A model generated the notes under the pieces. The model saw only the letters and a program-made list of their open reading frames with translations. It did not search any database and was not told the DNA's origin. A DNA stretch of 64,000 nt from Adineta vaga (lineage: Eukaryota > Animalia > Rotifera), in assembly GCA_021613535.1 (NCBI GenBank), contig CP075496.1:7316001-7380000 (forward strand), in the 5' to 3' direction. Positions 24,727 to 38,090 of this stretch are shown here, one piece after another. How positions within the stretch are numbered: the first letter of the stretch is position 1; the number at the start of each line of letters is the position of its first letter. The position numbers were made by a program, and so were the translations under genes.

Positions 24727-27700
24727 ATGGCTAGTGTTGCTGCATGGCTTCCTTTTGCTCGAGCTGCAGCTATTGGCTGGGTTCCTTTATCAAAGAATCC
24801 TTTACCTCCACCACCATTTCGTGTATCAACACATGGTGCATCACCATCATCACCTTCAACATCTACGACATCAGCGACAGCAACAACTGTTAGTGAACGT
24901 CGTTGTGATGAAAAAATCATCATTAATGTTAGTGGTCGTCGTTTCGAATGTTGGCGATCAACATTAGAAAAATATCCTGATTCTTTATTAGGTTCAAATG
25001 AAAAAGAATTTTTTTATGATGAAGATACTCGAGAATATTTTTTTGATCGTGATCCTGATGTATTTCGTGTTATATTAAATTTCTATCGTACCGGTAAATT
25101 GCATTATCCTAAACATGAATGCATTGCTGCCTATGACGAAGAACTAGCATTTTTTGGTATATTACCTGATATTATTGGTGATTGTTGTTATGAAGATTAT
25201 CGAGATCGTAAACGTGAAAATACTGAACGACTTATTGATGATCGTTTGCATGAAGATGATGATAAAATTCAACCAAAACCTCAATCTTTGCGTGAAACAA
25301 TGTGGCGAGCATTTGAAAATCCTCAAGTATCAACAATGGCATCTGTATTTTATTATGTAACTGGATTTTTTATTGCTGTTAGTGTTATTGCAAATGTTTT
25401 GGATACAGTTGCTTGTGGACCTGACCCTGACACAGGTTATCCAAGATCATGTGGTGAACGTTTTTCTCGTCAATTTTTTTGTCTTGATACGGCTTGTGTC
25501 ATGATTTTTACTGTTGAATATTTTCTGCGTCTTTATGCAGCACCTGATCGATTAAAATTTGTTCGATCAGTTATGGTAAGAATGAATGAATGAATGAATG
25601 AAAACATCAATATAGTAACGAAATAGATCATATTGTTTTTGTTTTTTCTTTCTAGTCGGTTATTGATGTTGTTGCGATAATGCCATATTATATTGGTTTA
25701 TTCATGCATCAAAAAGGCGAAGTTAGTGGAGCATTTGTGACTCTACGTGTATTTCGTGTTTTTCGAATATTTAAATTTTCCCGTCATAGTCAAGGTTTAC
25801 GAGTATTAGGTTATACGTTGAAAAGTTGTGCCAGTGAACTTGGTTTTCTATTATTTTCATTAACAATGGCTATTATTATTTTTGCAACTGTTATGTATTA
25901 TGCCGAAAAAAGTGTCGTACATACGAAATTTACATCTATACCAGCTGCATTTTGGTATACAATTGTAACAATGACAACACTTGGGTAAGAATTTCATATT
26001 GTAATTCTTTGGATAGAATATTGAAATTAAAGTCATTACTTTGTCAGAAAAGAATTACGCGTTGATATATACATATGAAAGAGATTCTTCCTATTTGCTT
26101 CATCAAAGCCATACTCAAACGTATAGTTGAAGTGTTAATGGTACTTAATACATGTCAATAACGCCTTTAGGGACTATTTCATTCTATTTAAAATCTAATT
26201 ATTATTTTCTAGATATGGTGACATGGTACCAAAAACATGGTAAGTTACATAAAGAAAAAAGATTGTTTGTATTAATAAATCTAATTAATTATGAATCTAG
26301 GGCAGGAAAACTTGTTGGTGGTGTATGCAGCTTAAGTGGTGTACTCGTTATTGCTCTTCCTGTACCCGTTATTGTCTCAAATTTTAGTCGTATATATCAT
26401 CAAAGTCAACGAGCAGATAAAATGAAAGCTCAACGAAAAGCACGTCAGACACGAATACGTCTGGCACGTAATGCTACAAGTAATGCCTTTGTTGCTGCTA
26501 AGAAACGTCGTGAACAACAGGCAGACGATCCAAATTCATCAATGGATAGAAATCTTGTTAATCCATTTGAATTACAACATCATCATCTACTTCGTTGTTT
26601 GGAATTAACAACTGTAAGACAAAAAGAATTTTAAAGAAAGAGAACTCATATTTTAATGTTTATCTTTGTTCATTTGAAGGATCGTGAATTTATTGAAATG
26701 GGTACAGATGCATTAATGAATAGTGGTGGTCGAACAAGTCTTTCTGGCGGTACTGGAAATATGACTGGCCTCGGACGATTTACTTCACCAACAAGTCAGT
26801 TTTTTTTAAATCGTCGAAAATGGTTGTGTTGTGGAGCACGACCACGAAGAAAGAATTCATATAAATATAGTACTGTAAGTGAATACTATCATAAATATTT
26901 GTGAAAACTTGTCTTTATTTTAATCAGTCATCTACTGATTGAAAAAGACAGAGAATATGTGTCTAGTTTTATTCCTATTCTTATTTGTCTTATTTGACTT
27001 TTAAAAGCTGTCAATTAGAAATGCTAATATCAATATGAAGTAAATTAGCGTCATCTATTTCTATGAAATACCAATTACTAAATCCTTAGAGAACAAAATA
27101 GGAAAAGAAAGCGAATAATGTTACGACTTTTGTTTTCGAAAACCTCCTTCTATTTCTTATGAATTGCTTTTATTTCAGAATCGTACCAACAATAATAATA
27201 ATGTTAATGTCAATGATGATGAACTTGATGCTGAATTAGGTGATTTTCAATTGCCATTAGCATTGACTCCACGTGCTTCAGCAGCTTTACTACCACAAAT
27301 ACCTCTAGTGAATGTGATAAAACCACAAGAACACAGATCTTCTACATCCATCATAGGCTCGTCTTCATTACAACATGATGTTGTACTTCATTCCAATGTT
27401 GATGAACCCTTATTATCAGCAACAAATCGTTTTAATTTAAATCATCCATCAAGTAATGAATATCGAAATGTATTAAGTCGAAAAGCAAATAGTCTGTCGA
27501 CTGTTTATGAACATGGTTCAGTACATGAAACATCATTAAATGAATTACCATCCAATTCTAAACGTGCTCGTTTAAGATCACCATCAAGTATAACTGATTA
27601 TGCATATCAAAGAGCACACGATGTTCCTTCATGTGCAGAAAAAAACCCTGATGAATTAGAAACAGTAAGACGAAAAGATGCAAAATTAATTGTGTCTTAA
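24727..27700 (+). CDS. KCND: Voltage-gated K+ channel, Shal/Kv4 family
   Basis: [19 protein letters not shown]-terminus; T1 domain with the H-C-CC zinc motif; S4 [15 protein letters not shown]; pore TMTTLG|YGDMVP; S6 [11 protein letters not shown]; HHHLLRCLE tail. Confidence 0.97.
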
Positions 27701-28187
27701 TGATTTCTCTAACCATTTCTTTTCATGTAGGCACAACAGTGAATGTCAATTTGCCAATAGCCCTGTGTTTATACTCTTCGTCCTTATATACATACCGTGC
27801 ATAGTCACAATCTATTCTCTATACTTACTCTAACTACATGTCTCCTATACGAAGCCTTGTGTCGTTTTGTTACATTGTTGTTTCATCTTTTTTTTCAGTT
27901 GTATAGAATAATAATAATACTAACACTATCGGATGACAATCACTATCTAGCAGAGAAAAGTATATTTTAGGAAAAATAAAAAAAAAATTATACAAAAGAG
28001 AATAAGTTTGTTTTCTTGTGTTTATGTTTTATTTAACGAATTTCTTTTTTTTTATATGTATATTTACGTATGTAACGATTTGAACAGAAAAGATAAATAT
28101 GATATATGTTTTGTTTTGTTTTTTTAAATACTAATGATACATGAGAATAAAGCAAGATAATTAATTGTCTTTGTAAATAGAATATAT

Positions 28188-29745
28188 CTAAGATTGCTTT
28201 GTACGTTTTCTAACAGGTTTTTTTTCAACAACATTTCGTTTTCGTTTATTACTTGTTATAGGTGTTGCAGCTGGTTCATCATCATCATCATCATCATCTA
28301 CCTTATCATCGTCACCGAAATGACGACCTTTATTTTTATCTTTGACAAGTAGATTACTTGTGATAGTTGGTGAAGTTGGTTCATCTTGAGATTCTGATTT
28401 CTTAGAACTTTGTCGTGTAATTTTTAATGTAGAGGTAGGAGATGATTTTGTTTTCGATTTCGATTTCGTTAATTTAGATGATGTTGGATGTTGATATTGT
28501 TTGAGGTGATCGGCATTAGTTCGATAACATTTCGCTCCATATTGACATACTTCTTGGTTATCTGTCTTCGTTTTTGAAGTTGATGTCGAAGGTGATGACG
28601 AAGATATTTGTTCACCTTCTTCATCGGATGCAACAACTTTCTTACCAGTTTTAACATCACGTGATGGAATAATAGAGAATAATATTGAATGTTGCTTAGA
28701 TAATTTTGCGGATGGTACAACTTTTTGTGTTGTACTTATTGGTGTTTTTGTTTTAGCTGCTTCAAGAACATCATTCCAAGTTAAATCACTACGAATGCGA
28801 AGAAATACAGGAAAACGTGGAATACCAGCATTAGATAATTCTTGAAATTTAAATGTTATCACTGAACCTTTTTTAGGTGGATTTCGACGTTGAGACATAT
28901 CAAAGCCACTTCCAACATCGAAACGTTTTCCATTAGGTAATTGACATTGAAGAGCACCTAAAACTCCTGTACAATTTCCTTTTCCAGGTTTATGACCAAC
29001 AACTAGAGCTTCTTGAAAAACAAAAACAAAAACAAAAACAAAAACAGGATTTTCTTTCATTAAAAATTTCATTTTACCTTCGTCATAAAACGTTTTTACT
29101 TTCAGTAATGTTGATGAACGCTTATTTTCATATAGACTACCAGGTTTCCTGAGCATAATTCCTTCTCCACCGGCATCATTTACAGTAGCTAAACATTGTT
29201 TAAGATCTGCAAGATTTTGACATTTTTTTATACCGACAACTGATGCATAACATTTATCGTCATCTTGTGGTACATTCGTCTGTAACCATTTGACACGATC
29301 TTCATATTTTCCTCCATGAGTTGGTGCATCGAAAATCAAATAAGTCAAGAGCTTATAATCATCGGGAACAACTTTATTTCCCTGTTTCTTTATAATACTT
29401 ATACATTTTTGAAAGAGTCCACGACCACACCTAAGAAGAACAGAGTAAGTCAAAAAGAATATTTCAAAATCATTCGATTTTCATCAACCAACCATATTTC
29501 TCCATCCAAGGGTACTTTGGGAAGTGCGGCCTTGAAAAAATCAGGCACGTGAAAAAGATTTCCTTGTCGAGAATAAAAGTTACTCCCACTCCAATACGCT
29601 CTAGAAGAAGATAATCAAAAGAAATTAGACATTTCAGTTCAACATACCGAACACCATCAAGTTTTTCACTCATCCACCAACCAGTAGGATCGATATCTTC
29701 GCTCCATGTTTCTGCAAGAAGAACCTGTGTTGCTGCTGTACTCAT
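28188..29745 (-). CDS. Bacterial-type minimal ATP-dependent DNA ligase (LigE-like) with C-terminal PBZ finger and NLS; 4 exons
   Basis: Motif I WWMSEKLDGVR, LDGEIW, IFDAP, GGEGIMLR, LLKVK; OB domain FDVGSG..ITFKFQELSNAGIPRFPVFLRIR; PBZ CQYGAKCYRTNADHLKQYQH. Introns at 29647-29601, 29492-29431 and 29077-29012. Confidence 0.9.
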
Positions 29746-30127
29746 TTATTTTTAAAATTATAAGAAGTTGTTAGAAAAATAGCGTACGGATTTCTAAGGT
29801 TTCCTTTTTTTTACGTTAGAAATAAAAAGACAACGATGTGAGTATTATTTGTCGATGTTTTCTTTTTTGCTCTATGTGGTTGTGCAAGAACCCTCAAGGC
29901 CAACAGAGAACAGAACACAAGAGAATAGATGTCAACCATTTTTTTTACAGGAAAAGAGGAAAAAAAGTCACGGAAAGAGTAGTTTTTAATCTGAATGTGA
30001 TTATTTTCTACCATTGTAGATTATCGTTGTCAATCAAATATATTTATACGAAATTCATTGGTATATGTAGTCTAGTCATCGTTAATATTTCAATCATTAC
30101 AATTTTACCAATCTTTACCTAAGGTCA

Positions 30128-33100
30128 ATGTCTCACGTTGATACAACTAATCAAACTGACTCGCCATCATTATCCATCGGCGAATTTCGCACTGGTACAG
30201 GACGAGCTCGACAAACGCCAGGTAAAATACACATCTAAAGAAAAAAAAAGAATGCGATTTGTTAAATACCCATCATGGGTTGAGTGACCGTATCACTTTA
30301 TACGAGATTGTTATTGTGTATATACATACCCATCTATGCAGACATACATATATACATATATACATACATATTCAGTAAGCAAGTTAGAAATCGATATCAA
30401 TCGGTTCGATACATTGCGTGCAGACATATTTCATATGTAAGGAGAGAAAAAAAGACACAAAGAAAAGAGAAGAGAGACAAAAAATGTGAGAATGATCGTT
30501 AAGCTATTATTATTATTCATATTGAAGTTTGTATATGATGCCGAATCGATCAAATTTAAACCAGCAACTACAATCAACAGGTATGAGAATGATATATCAT
30601 ACGTATAGTAGTTTACATGATAAGCGACATGAATTTGATGATGATGTATCAATGTTATTATTATATATATTAAAAATTTCATGACAATCGTTTTATTTTC
30701 AATTTATTGATAAGAATAAAAATAGATTGAGTTAAGTGAATCTATTAGTTCTGAAAGAAAGAAAGAACGAATTTATTTAGAAAGAATAGATGCGTAAATA
30801 ACTTCTGAGATTTTTTTGAGTTTGCTCCTGATATATCTTTTGTATTTTTGATGCATTAAGATCTTTAATTAAGTGAAATTATCTTTTTCTACAAATAGAT
30901 TCTTTTACTTTTCATTTTAACTTCTTTATATATATTCAACTAATATATATGAAGAAGTCAATGAACTTTATATACAAATTAGTTGTTTTTATTGTTCATG
31001 CATGTAGAAGTAATATACAATTATAACAATTGTATCCGTCTCAAGTGTAGAGTACTATTCAAAATCGTTCATACAATTCTTCGCACTTATGTCTTATAAC
31101 AAACAAAATCTACGATTTCTATATGTTAACTTGTTCATAATGAAGAAAATAATTCTATGATTACAAAGTAATTTTCATATCCAAGGTAGTTTTATGATTG
31201 AAATACAAAATCATGACACCCGTTTAATATACATTTATCATCATTTGAAAATCGATGCGTAAAGATGACTTTCAATTAACGGATATTTCAAATAATTGAT
31301 AGTTTCATTACCTTTTACGTTCAATGTTATAATATTTTCATTAAATGAAGAAAGGTGATGGATTTATAATCCTTTTCTTCATGTAAAAATCCTAAAACTC
31401 GATATGGATATAGAACAATCAATATAATATATGCATAAATCTTTCTCATACTTTTCGATTAGATGAAAACTGATAATGTAGAAATGAGAATAAGAGATCA
31501 GTCATTTTATCGTATATAACGATAAAAAAAACTCTATCACCTCCATTTTTTCAAAAGGCCAAGGTTATATTTTACAACTCTTCCATCTGACTCATTACAT
31601 AGAGCGACAACAAGAAAAAAAAGTACTTTGTAGGCGAGAGAAGAGGAATCGTTAGAAAAATGTTAAATATGGTTCGTACATGTTATTCGTGAAGATTACA
31701 TCGAAATGTGATTGTTTGGCACTATTGAAAGCAACAACTGCATGAGGGTGTAATGACGTTACTAAAGTGTTATTAGTTTGACGACATAAAAACACAGAAT
31801 CGAATAGAATCGAAAACATTTCGTTAGTTTGCGTTCTCATATATATATATTTTTATTAATTGTCAAGAAGAATGAAACCAGTTGTATATACAATTTCTCA
31901 ATATTATGAAACTCCACGAGGTGAGTAGATGCAAATTAAATTAGATTTTGTTCTATCGTTCGACTTAAGTACATCAGCGATAAAGATCATTACGATACTG
32001 ACCTTGTCTTGTTTCGTATTTATCCTATTTCTCTTTTTCTCAATAATTCACTTAAGAAAAGAAAAGAAAAGAATGCATTTTCTCGATTGTTACTCAGTGT
32101 TCAGACTAAAGATCAAACATGTTCATCTCTTCAGCGTCAAGACAAAAATATATTGCTGATGAGCATCCATTACGTGTACGAGGTACACCAGAATACAATC
32201 CATTATATGATGCATTCCAATCGGACCTATCGGTTCCACCGAGAACAACTCATCATGATTTTCGACCCATAACACCGCCGCCACCACCACGATTCGCGCA
32301 GCATTTTCACGACACCGAAAGTGCATATGATAAGCCACGTTCATTTGGTTTTGATAATGAACCAAAACAACGTACAAATGGACAACGACAACATTCCACA
32401 CATGGTCAAAAGAAAGTTGGTGAGAACTGAACGTAGATATACGATACTAATCCATAATTATTTTTTTAATCATTGATTTCCGCATGCATTCTCTTCTTAA
32501 CATGATTTCATACGCTTCTTACTCGTAGAGAAAATCGTGTTTTTTCGAATAAAAATCGATTATTAAACATATGCCAGCATGTCTATTATAATAGGTCATG
32601 TGCATCACCATAGATTTAATAGCTATTTTTTTTATCGTATTCTTCTTTAAATATACAAAAAAATAATACATTTCTAACCAGTAAAATACTAATATTAGTT
32701 GTCTAAAGTGTTCGTTTATTTAACAATCATTTTCTACTTGATACTTCTTGACATATTAACACACACACACACAATGAATTACATCATCGCCATATTTCTT
32801 TTCTACGCATCTATTCCTATGAAAAGAAATTTTGTTCAATAAATATATCTAACAAGACAATTCAATGGTCCTTATAGTTGTTAACAGGGTCGATGGCATT
32901 AGATGATAACTATAAATTTGACTGTTCTCTTGCGTCTTTTTCTTCTTTCAATAGTTCTTTCATTTATCTATATATGTCCTAACCGGCGGTATACACACAT
33001 GCTTGCTCGCTCGCTCGCTCGCTCGCTTGCTTCGTTGCTTGCACACATCAGAACAGACGAACAGTGTAGTCCATCATAATTTTTCCACCAATGTGTTGAA

Positions 33101-35154
33101 GAAGCGAATGAAAAGAGAAAAAGCGTCTTCTTGACGGTCGAATATGTTATATTTTTCTGAAGGGAAAGAGGAAAAAAATGGCTTTTCATTTAGTTTTTTC
33201 TATCCACCGAAGGATAACATGATTAAAAAGTGCTTTTGTTTCCCATATGGATCTCTTATTTTTCTCAGTAGATTTGCTTGTTTGTTTGTTTTTCTTCTTT
33301 CTATTATTATTATTATTATTGAATCGATTTTTGAACATTTCCTTTGTTTAGAATCAGCAGCGGATAGTGAAGTTGATCTTCTCATGGATAAATTAGGAGG
33401 TGATACAGCCCCTGCTGATGATGTCGAAGCTTGTAGACAACGAAAAGGGCATCGACGACGTCGAATTTTATATAATCTCTTCGATTTTCTCGCCATTGTA
33501 TTAAGTAACTAATCATAATTTTCATAAAAGAAATATTGTCATTTAATATTTTGTAGCATGCACGATTTTTGGTCTTATCTACATATTTATTAAGCCAGTA
33601 CAAAGAGGCTTCTTTTGTGATGATACATCTATTCAATACCCATTTCGACCTGACACTATTCCAATGTGGGTTTTAGCTATTTATGGAGGCGTTGGTCCTA
33701 TCATAATTGTAAGTCATGAAATGTAAACAAACTAAATTGAATTACATTGAGCATAGCATATTGATTTTAAAGTGATATAACACTAGTTTGCTTTCTATTA
33801 AGTAATGACGTAGATAAAAGTAGGAAAAAAAGAGGATATTTCAACTGTTCTACTTTCAATTATTGCTAACTAGAGCATAATCTACTCAGTAACCTCAAAT
33901 GGAATTATTTTTAATAAAGATAAGATTAAAGAATAATTGCTAAGAATAGAATGAAAATGGAATCATATTGCAGGTTTCGTCGACATGAAGTTCAACCCTA
34001 TACTTATGTATTTGTTTACATAGAGTGACAAAATAAGTTTTATGTTCCTAATGAGACAAGAATAACAATTGGTTTTATTATAAAATAATCTTTAATTTTA
34101 GTTTTGCTGTGTCGAATTATGGGTTGTTCGTCCATTTAGTTGTCGTCGTGGATCTAATGGTCATAGTTTAAAACAACGACAAAGTGATTTCCTGAAATCA
34201 TTCTTCCATACTGTATTTCTTTTTATTCTTGGTATTTCTGTTTGTTTTCTTATCACTGAAGTCGGCAAACGTAAGAAAACTTTGAAGAATATCTTTCAAT
34301 TAAATAACAATCTTTTTCTACAGGTACAATCGGTCGACTAAGACCCTATTATGTTACTGTATGTAATCCAGTTTGGGCAAATATTAACTGTACAAAAACT
34401 GTTACAACAGCGAGTGGTACTTTTGTAATTCCACAGTATGTTATCAATCATAATTGTAATTCATCAGCATCGGAAATCGATCTTCAAGAAGCAAAATTAT
34501 CCTTTCCATCGGGTCATTCAAGTTATTCAACATACGCATTTATTTTTTTATTTGTAAATATTATTGATAAGAACTTCTAGATTGATCGAATTCTTTTTGA
34601 TTTACAGGTTTATTTTGAAGCACGAATTGTTTGTCCAAATGTTCAATTTCTTAAACCATTTCTTCAATGTTTATGTGTGGCCGTTGCCTTTTTTACATGT
34701 TTATCACGTGTTACAGATTATAAACATCATGCTACTGACGTTATTGGTGGAGCATTAATTGGTTTTTGTATTGCTGTATTTAGTGTAAGAGAATTCGAAT
34801 AAATTAATGGTCTATTAACATATATATTATTTTTAGGCTGTACGTGTTGGAACTTATCTCTGGAAGTTAAGTGTTTATTGTGAAACAGAAAACGAAACAG
34901 AAAAAGATCGACTACCAAAAGAAGAACGTATTACAATACCTGGTGTCGAAACTAAACAATCAGGTGATTTACGTTCACGTGATGCATCTCACGAATCAGC
35001 TGCATCACATTCACGAAATATTAATCGTTCAAATTATGATAATGTTGCATCAATTCAACCTCCTCAACAACATCGAACGGTATCAAATTTAGTTAAAACA
35101 GTTGGTGGACAACGTACATCACCTACACGAGGATACGAAGAAGCTAACGTTTAA
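30128..35154 (+). CDS. PLPP: Lipid phosphate phosphatase (PAP2/wunen/PLPP) with alternative N-terminal exons
   Basis: RGFFCDDTSIQYP, catalytic C1 KRTIGRLRP, C2 SFPSGHSS and C3 SRVTDYKHHATDVIGG. Phase-1 upstream exons 30128-30221, 31872-31920 and 32135-32419 all join in frame to the exon starting at 33352. Confidence 0.85.
33001..33030. repeat. (TCGC)n microsatellite
   Basis: gcttgctcgctcgctcgctcgctcgcttgc read directly. Confidence 0.8.
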
Positions 35155-35978
35155 ACATAACGAAAAGCTTCGAATTGAAAATTTATCTACTTTTTTTCTT
35201 GTTATTTTCATGTATCTTACGTTTAACCTTGTGTCTAGTAACCTACCTACTTACTCATTTAATCTTCTTTGATCTGTTTGTTTTCTATGTTGTATTACAA
35301 CAAAATTATCGTTTACTAAAACAAAAAATATATACGAGCTCAATCATTGTGTCAATATTTTATATAAAATCAATTATTCTCACAAAAGAGGAATACTATT
35401 TAAATGAAACATTCTCTACATAGATTTATATATTTACGAATGTATCGACATGTATTCAATGAAATGTAAACGATGAAAGACATAGAGCATTGTATTATGT
35501 TAAGTTATTCTTCATTCAAATTTGATCATAAAATGCACGGCATACAAAAGAAATATAATTAGTAACATTAAAACTTCTATGAATTGTCTAGCATCTTCAT
35601 TTTAAATGATACTATTTCATCCCTATTCGATACAACATATAATTTCAATTGAAACTAAATATGTCCGACTTATTTCATCGAAAGATTATATTATTTCTCT
35701 CGAATTTCATCCGACAATTATATAATGTCGTTCTTAGGACTATAAATGCATTCGAAATAAGTTTATTTATACTAAATAATACGTCAAAAGAATTACATTG
35801 ATATTAACCATGTTATACATAAGCAGAAAAAAAATGAATAAATGAATTACGATTGAAAGACCAGTGGGCTCATGTCACTTGCGACAACAGAAAAAAAAGA
35901 AACTTCACCACAAGACAAAAGCAATATGAAAAGGAAACATCACGCAAAGAAATAAAAGTTTATATTTCTCATAAAAAT

Positions 35979-37650
35979 TTATAATTTCTTAGGAAATCGT
36001 TTTTCTGGTACAGCAGATTCGGCATAAAATGCATGAACATCACCTGATGGATTGATTGTAAAATTGTAGACATTCGTATAATGATATCGACCAAGAAAGT
36101 CACCGTAAAACGATTCAAATAAATCATAATCTTGATATCGTCCTAAACCAAGATCACTAAGTTTAACACTGACACGAATTGGGGTTCCATATGGTTGAGG
36201 ATAGAGTGCAACAAACTAAAAAGAAATGGAAGATTGAACATCGACAACTATATACCATTCTTCTCTACTCACTGCTGTACGATCATCTTCTAACGGTTTA
36301 CTCCATACTTCCACATTATCACTTAACTATAAGAAAAAGAATTTACAGAATAGTTTATGCTTGACAATCGATTTACTTTCAGTATACGTCGTCCCATAGC
36401 ACCAAGTGGATCTTGATTGATGGCAATTAAATTTTTATTTAAAATAATATCTCGTGCCCAATCACTAATAGTTCGAAGATCAACTGAGAGAATAAGTGGT
36501 GCAGCCATGATAGACCAAAGAGCCATTTGTGCTCGAGATTGACTTGGACTTAAACCAAAATTTCCAATAACAATCTATATGAAAAGAAAAAAAGAACGAA
36601 CATGAGTGTCAATAAAAACATGATGAATGGGAATTGTTCACCATATCTGGATCATTCCAATGTCCAGGACCATGAAAGGGTGAGAGACGATCTTGATTAT
36701 CACCAAACCATTGAACAATTGAATAAACACTTTCCCATGAATCATCAATATCAGCCCAGTTTCTCCATAAATTACATGTTTGTGCAATTGCTGTATAATT
36801 CGGTTTTACTTTAGAAAATTCTTGATATGCTGGCCATGAACATGAGAATGCGATGGGATAACCTGTTCCATTCAATGCAGTTTCCATCGCTGGATAACCC
36901 GTATCATAATCTTTGATATCAGCATTACAACCATCAAGTTTTAAATAATCAACTTTCCAACTAGCAAATGCTGTAGAAAAACATTTTTCATACATAATTT
37001 CACAAAAAATTTAATCTTATCAATTATTTACTTTTAGCATCTTGTACTAAATGTCCTAGAACACCGGGATAACCTGCACAGGTTTCTGTACCATAATCTT
37101 CATAGATACCGAATTTCAATCCTAAGGAATGAACATAATCTGATAATGCACGAATTCCACTTGGAAAACGTTTATTGTCAGGTTGTAATGAACCATCCTA
37201 AATATATAAATACGTCATATTTTCTTAGATTCACATTCAAATATTACCGCTGCACGAGTACTATTTAACCAACAATCATCAATAATGATATATTCATATC
37301 CAGCTGCTAAATATCCACCTTGTACTAGTAATTGTGCTTGTGTTCGAATTAGTTTTTCACTAGAATTCATCAACAGATGAATGATTGTTCATTATAATTT
37401 CATATTACCTAATACACGTATCTGGATCTGCTTGACAATCGACTACACAACGAAATCGTTGCCAAGTCAACCAACCCTATGAAAAGCAAGATTGATAAAA
37501 GTCTTGTTCAATTTTTTTCAAGGACAAATCATTTCCTACCATTGGTGGTTGTCGAAGTAAACCATTTTCAAGTGAACTTACATGTTGATTGTATGAACAC
37601 AAACAGACAAGTACAATGAAATATACTACCACATATTCTCTCCACTTCAT
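35979..37650 (-). CDS. NAGA: GH27 alpha-N-acetylgalactosaminidase
   Basis: Signal peptide plus [28 protein letters not shown], nucleophile [21 protein letters not shown] and WNDPDM. CSWPAY is the NAGA-type specificity loop (GLA has CEWPLY). Confidence 0.9.
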
Positions 37651-38090
37651 GATAATAATCTAAAAATGAGAATATATCAAGTGATTGTTATCTTCTTGTA
37701 TCTTTTCATCTTTTTTTCTTTTCAAATCAACAAGACAAGATAAAACCATGTTGATATTGACCTTGCTCATATAATCAACATAGGACATATCCTTCTTGTG
37801 ACTTATTTATCCTCTTCTCCCTCTGCCTCGTTTTTTTTTTATCTTTTAAAACAAACTAAGCAAGAAGAAAAAAACGAATTTTGTTTATTTTGTGTCTTTC
37901 TTTTAACATTTAGAAAGAATATGAAATTACAATATTAGTTAAATAACCAACACCAACTGTCTTTTTGTTTACAACCGAGAAAATTATCCGAGAAGAAACT
38001 TTTGTATTAGTAAAATTATCACAAAACAAAATGTTACTATGTATATCACTGTATATAAAATGATAAGAAATAGAAATAAATATTTGATGA

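Noticed and set aside
32119-32430. Standalone 103-aa orphan ORF
   Set aside because: It is bounded by a phase-matched acceptor (32134) and donor (32420), so it is better explained as a PLPP exon.
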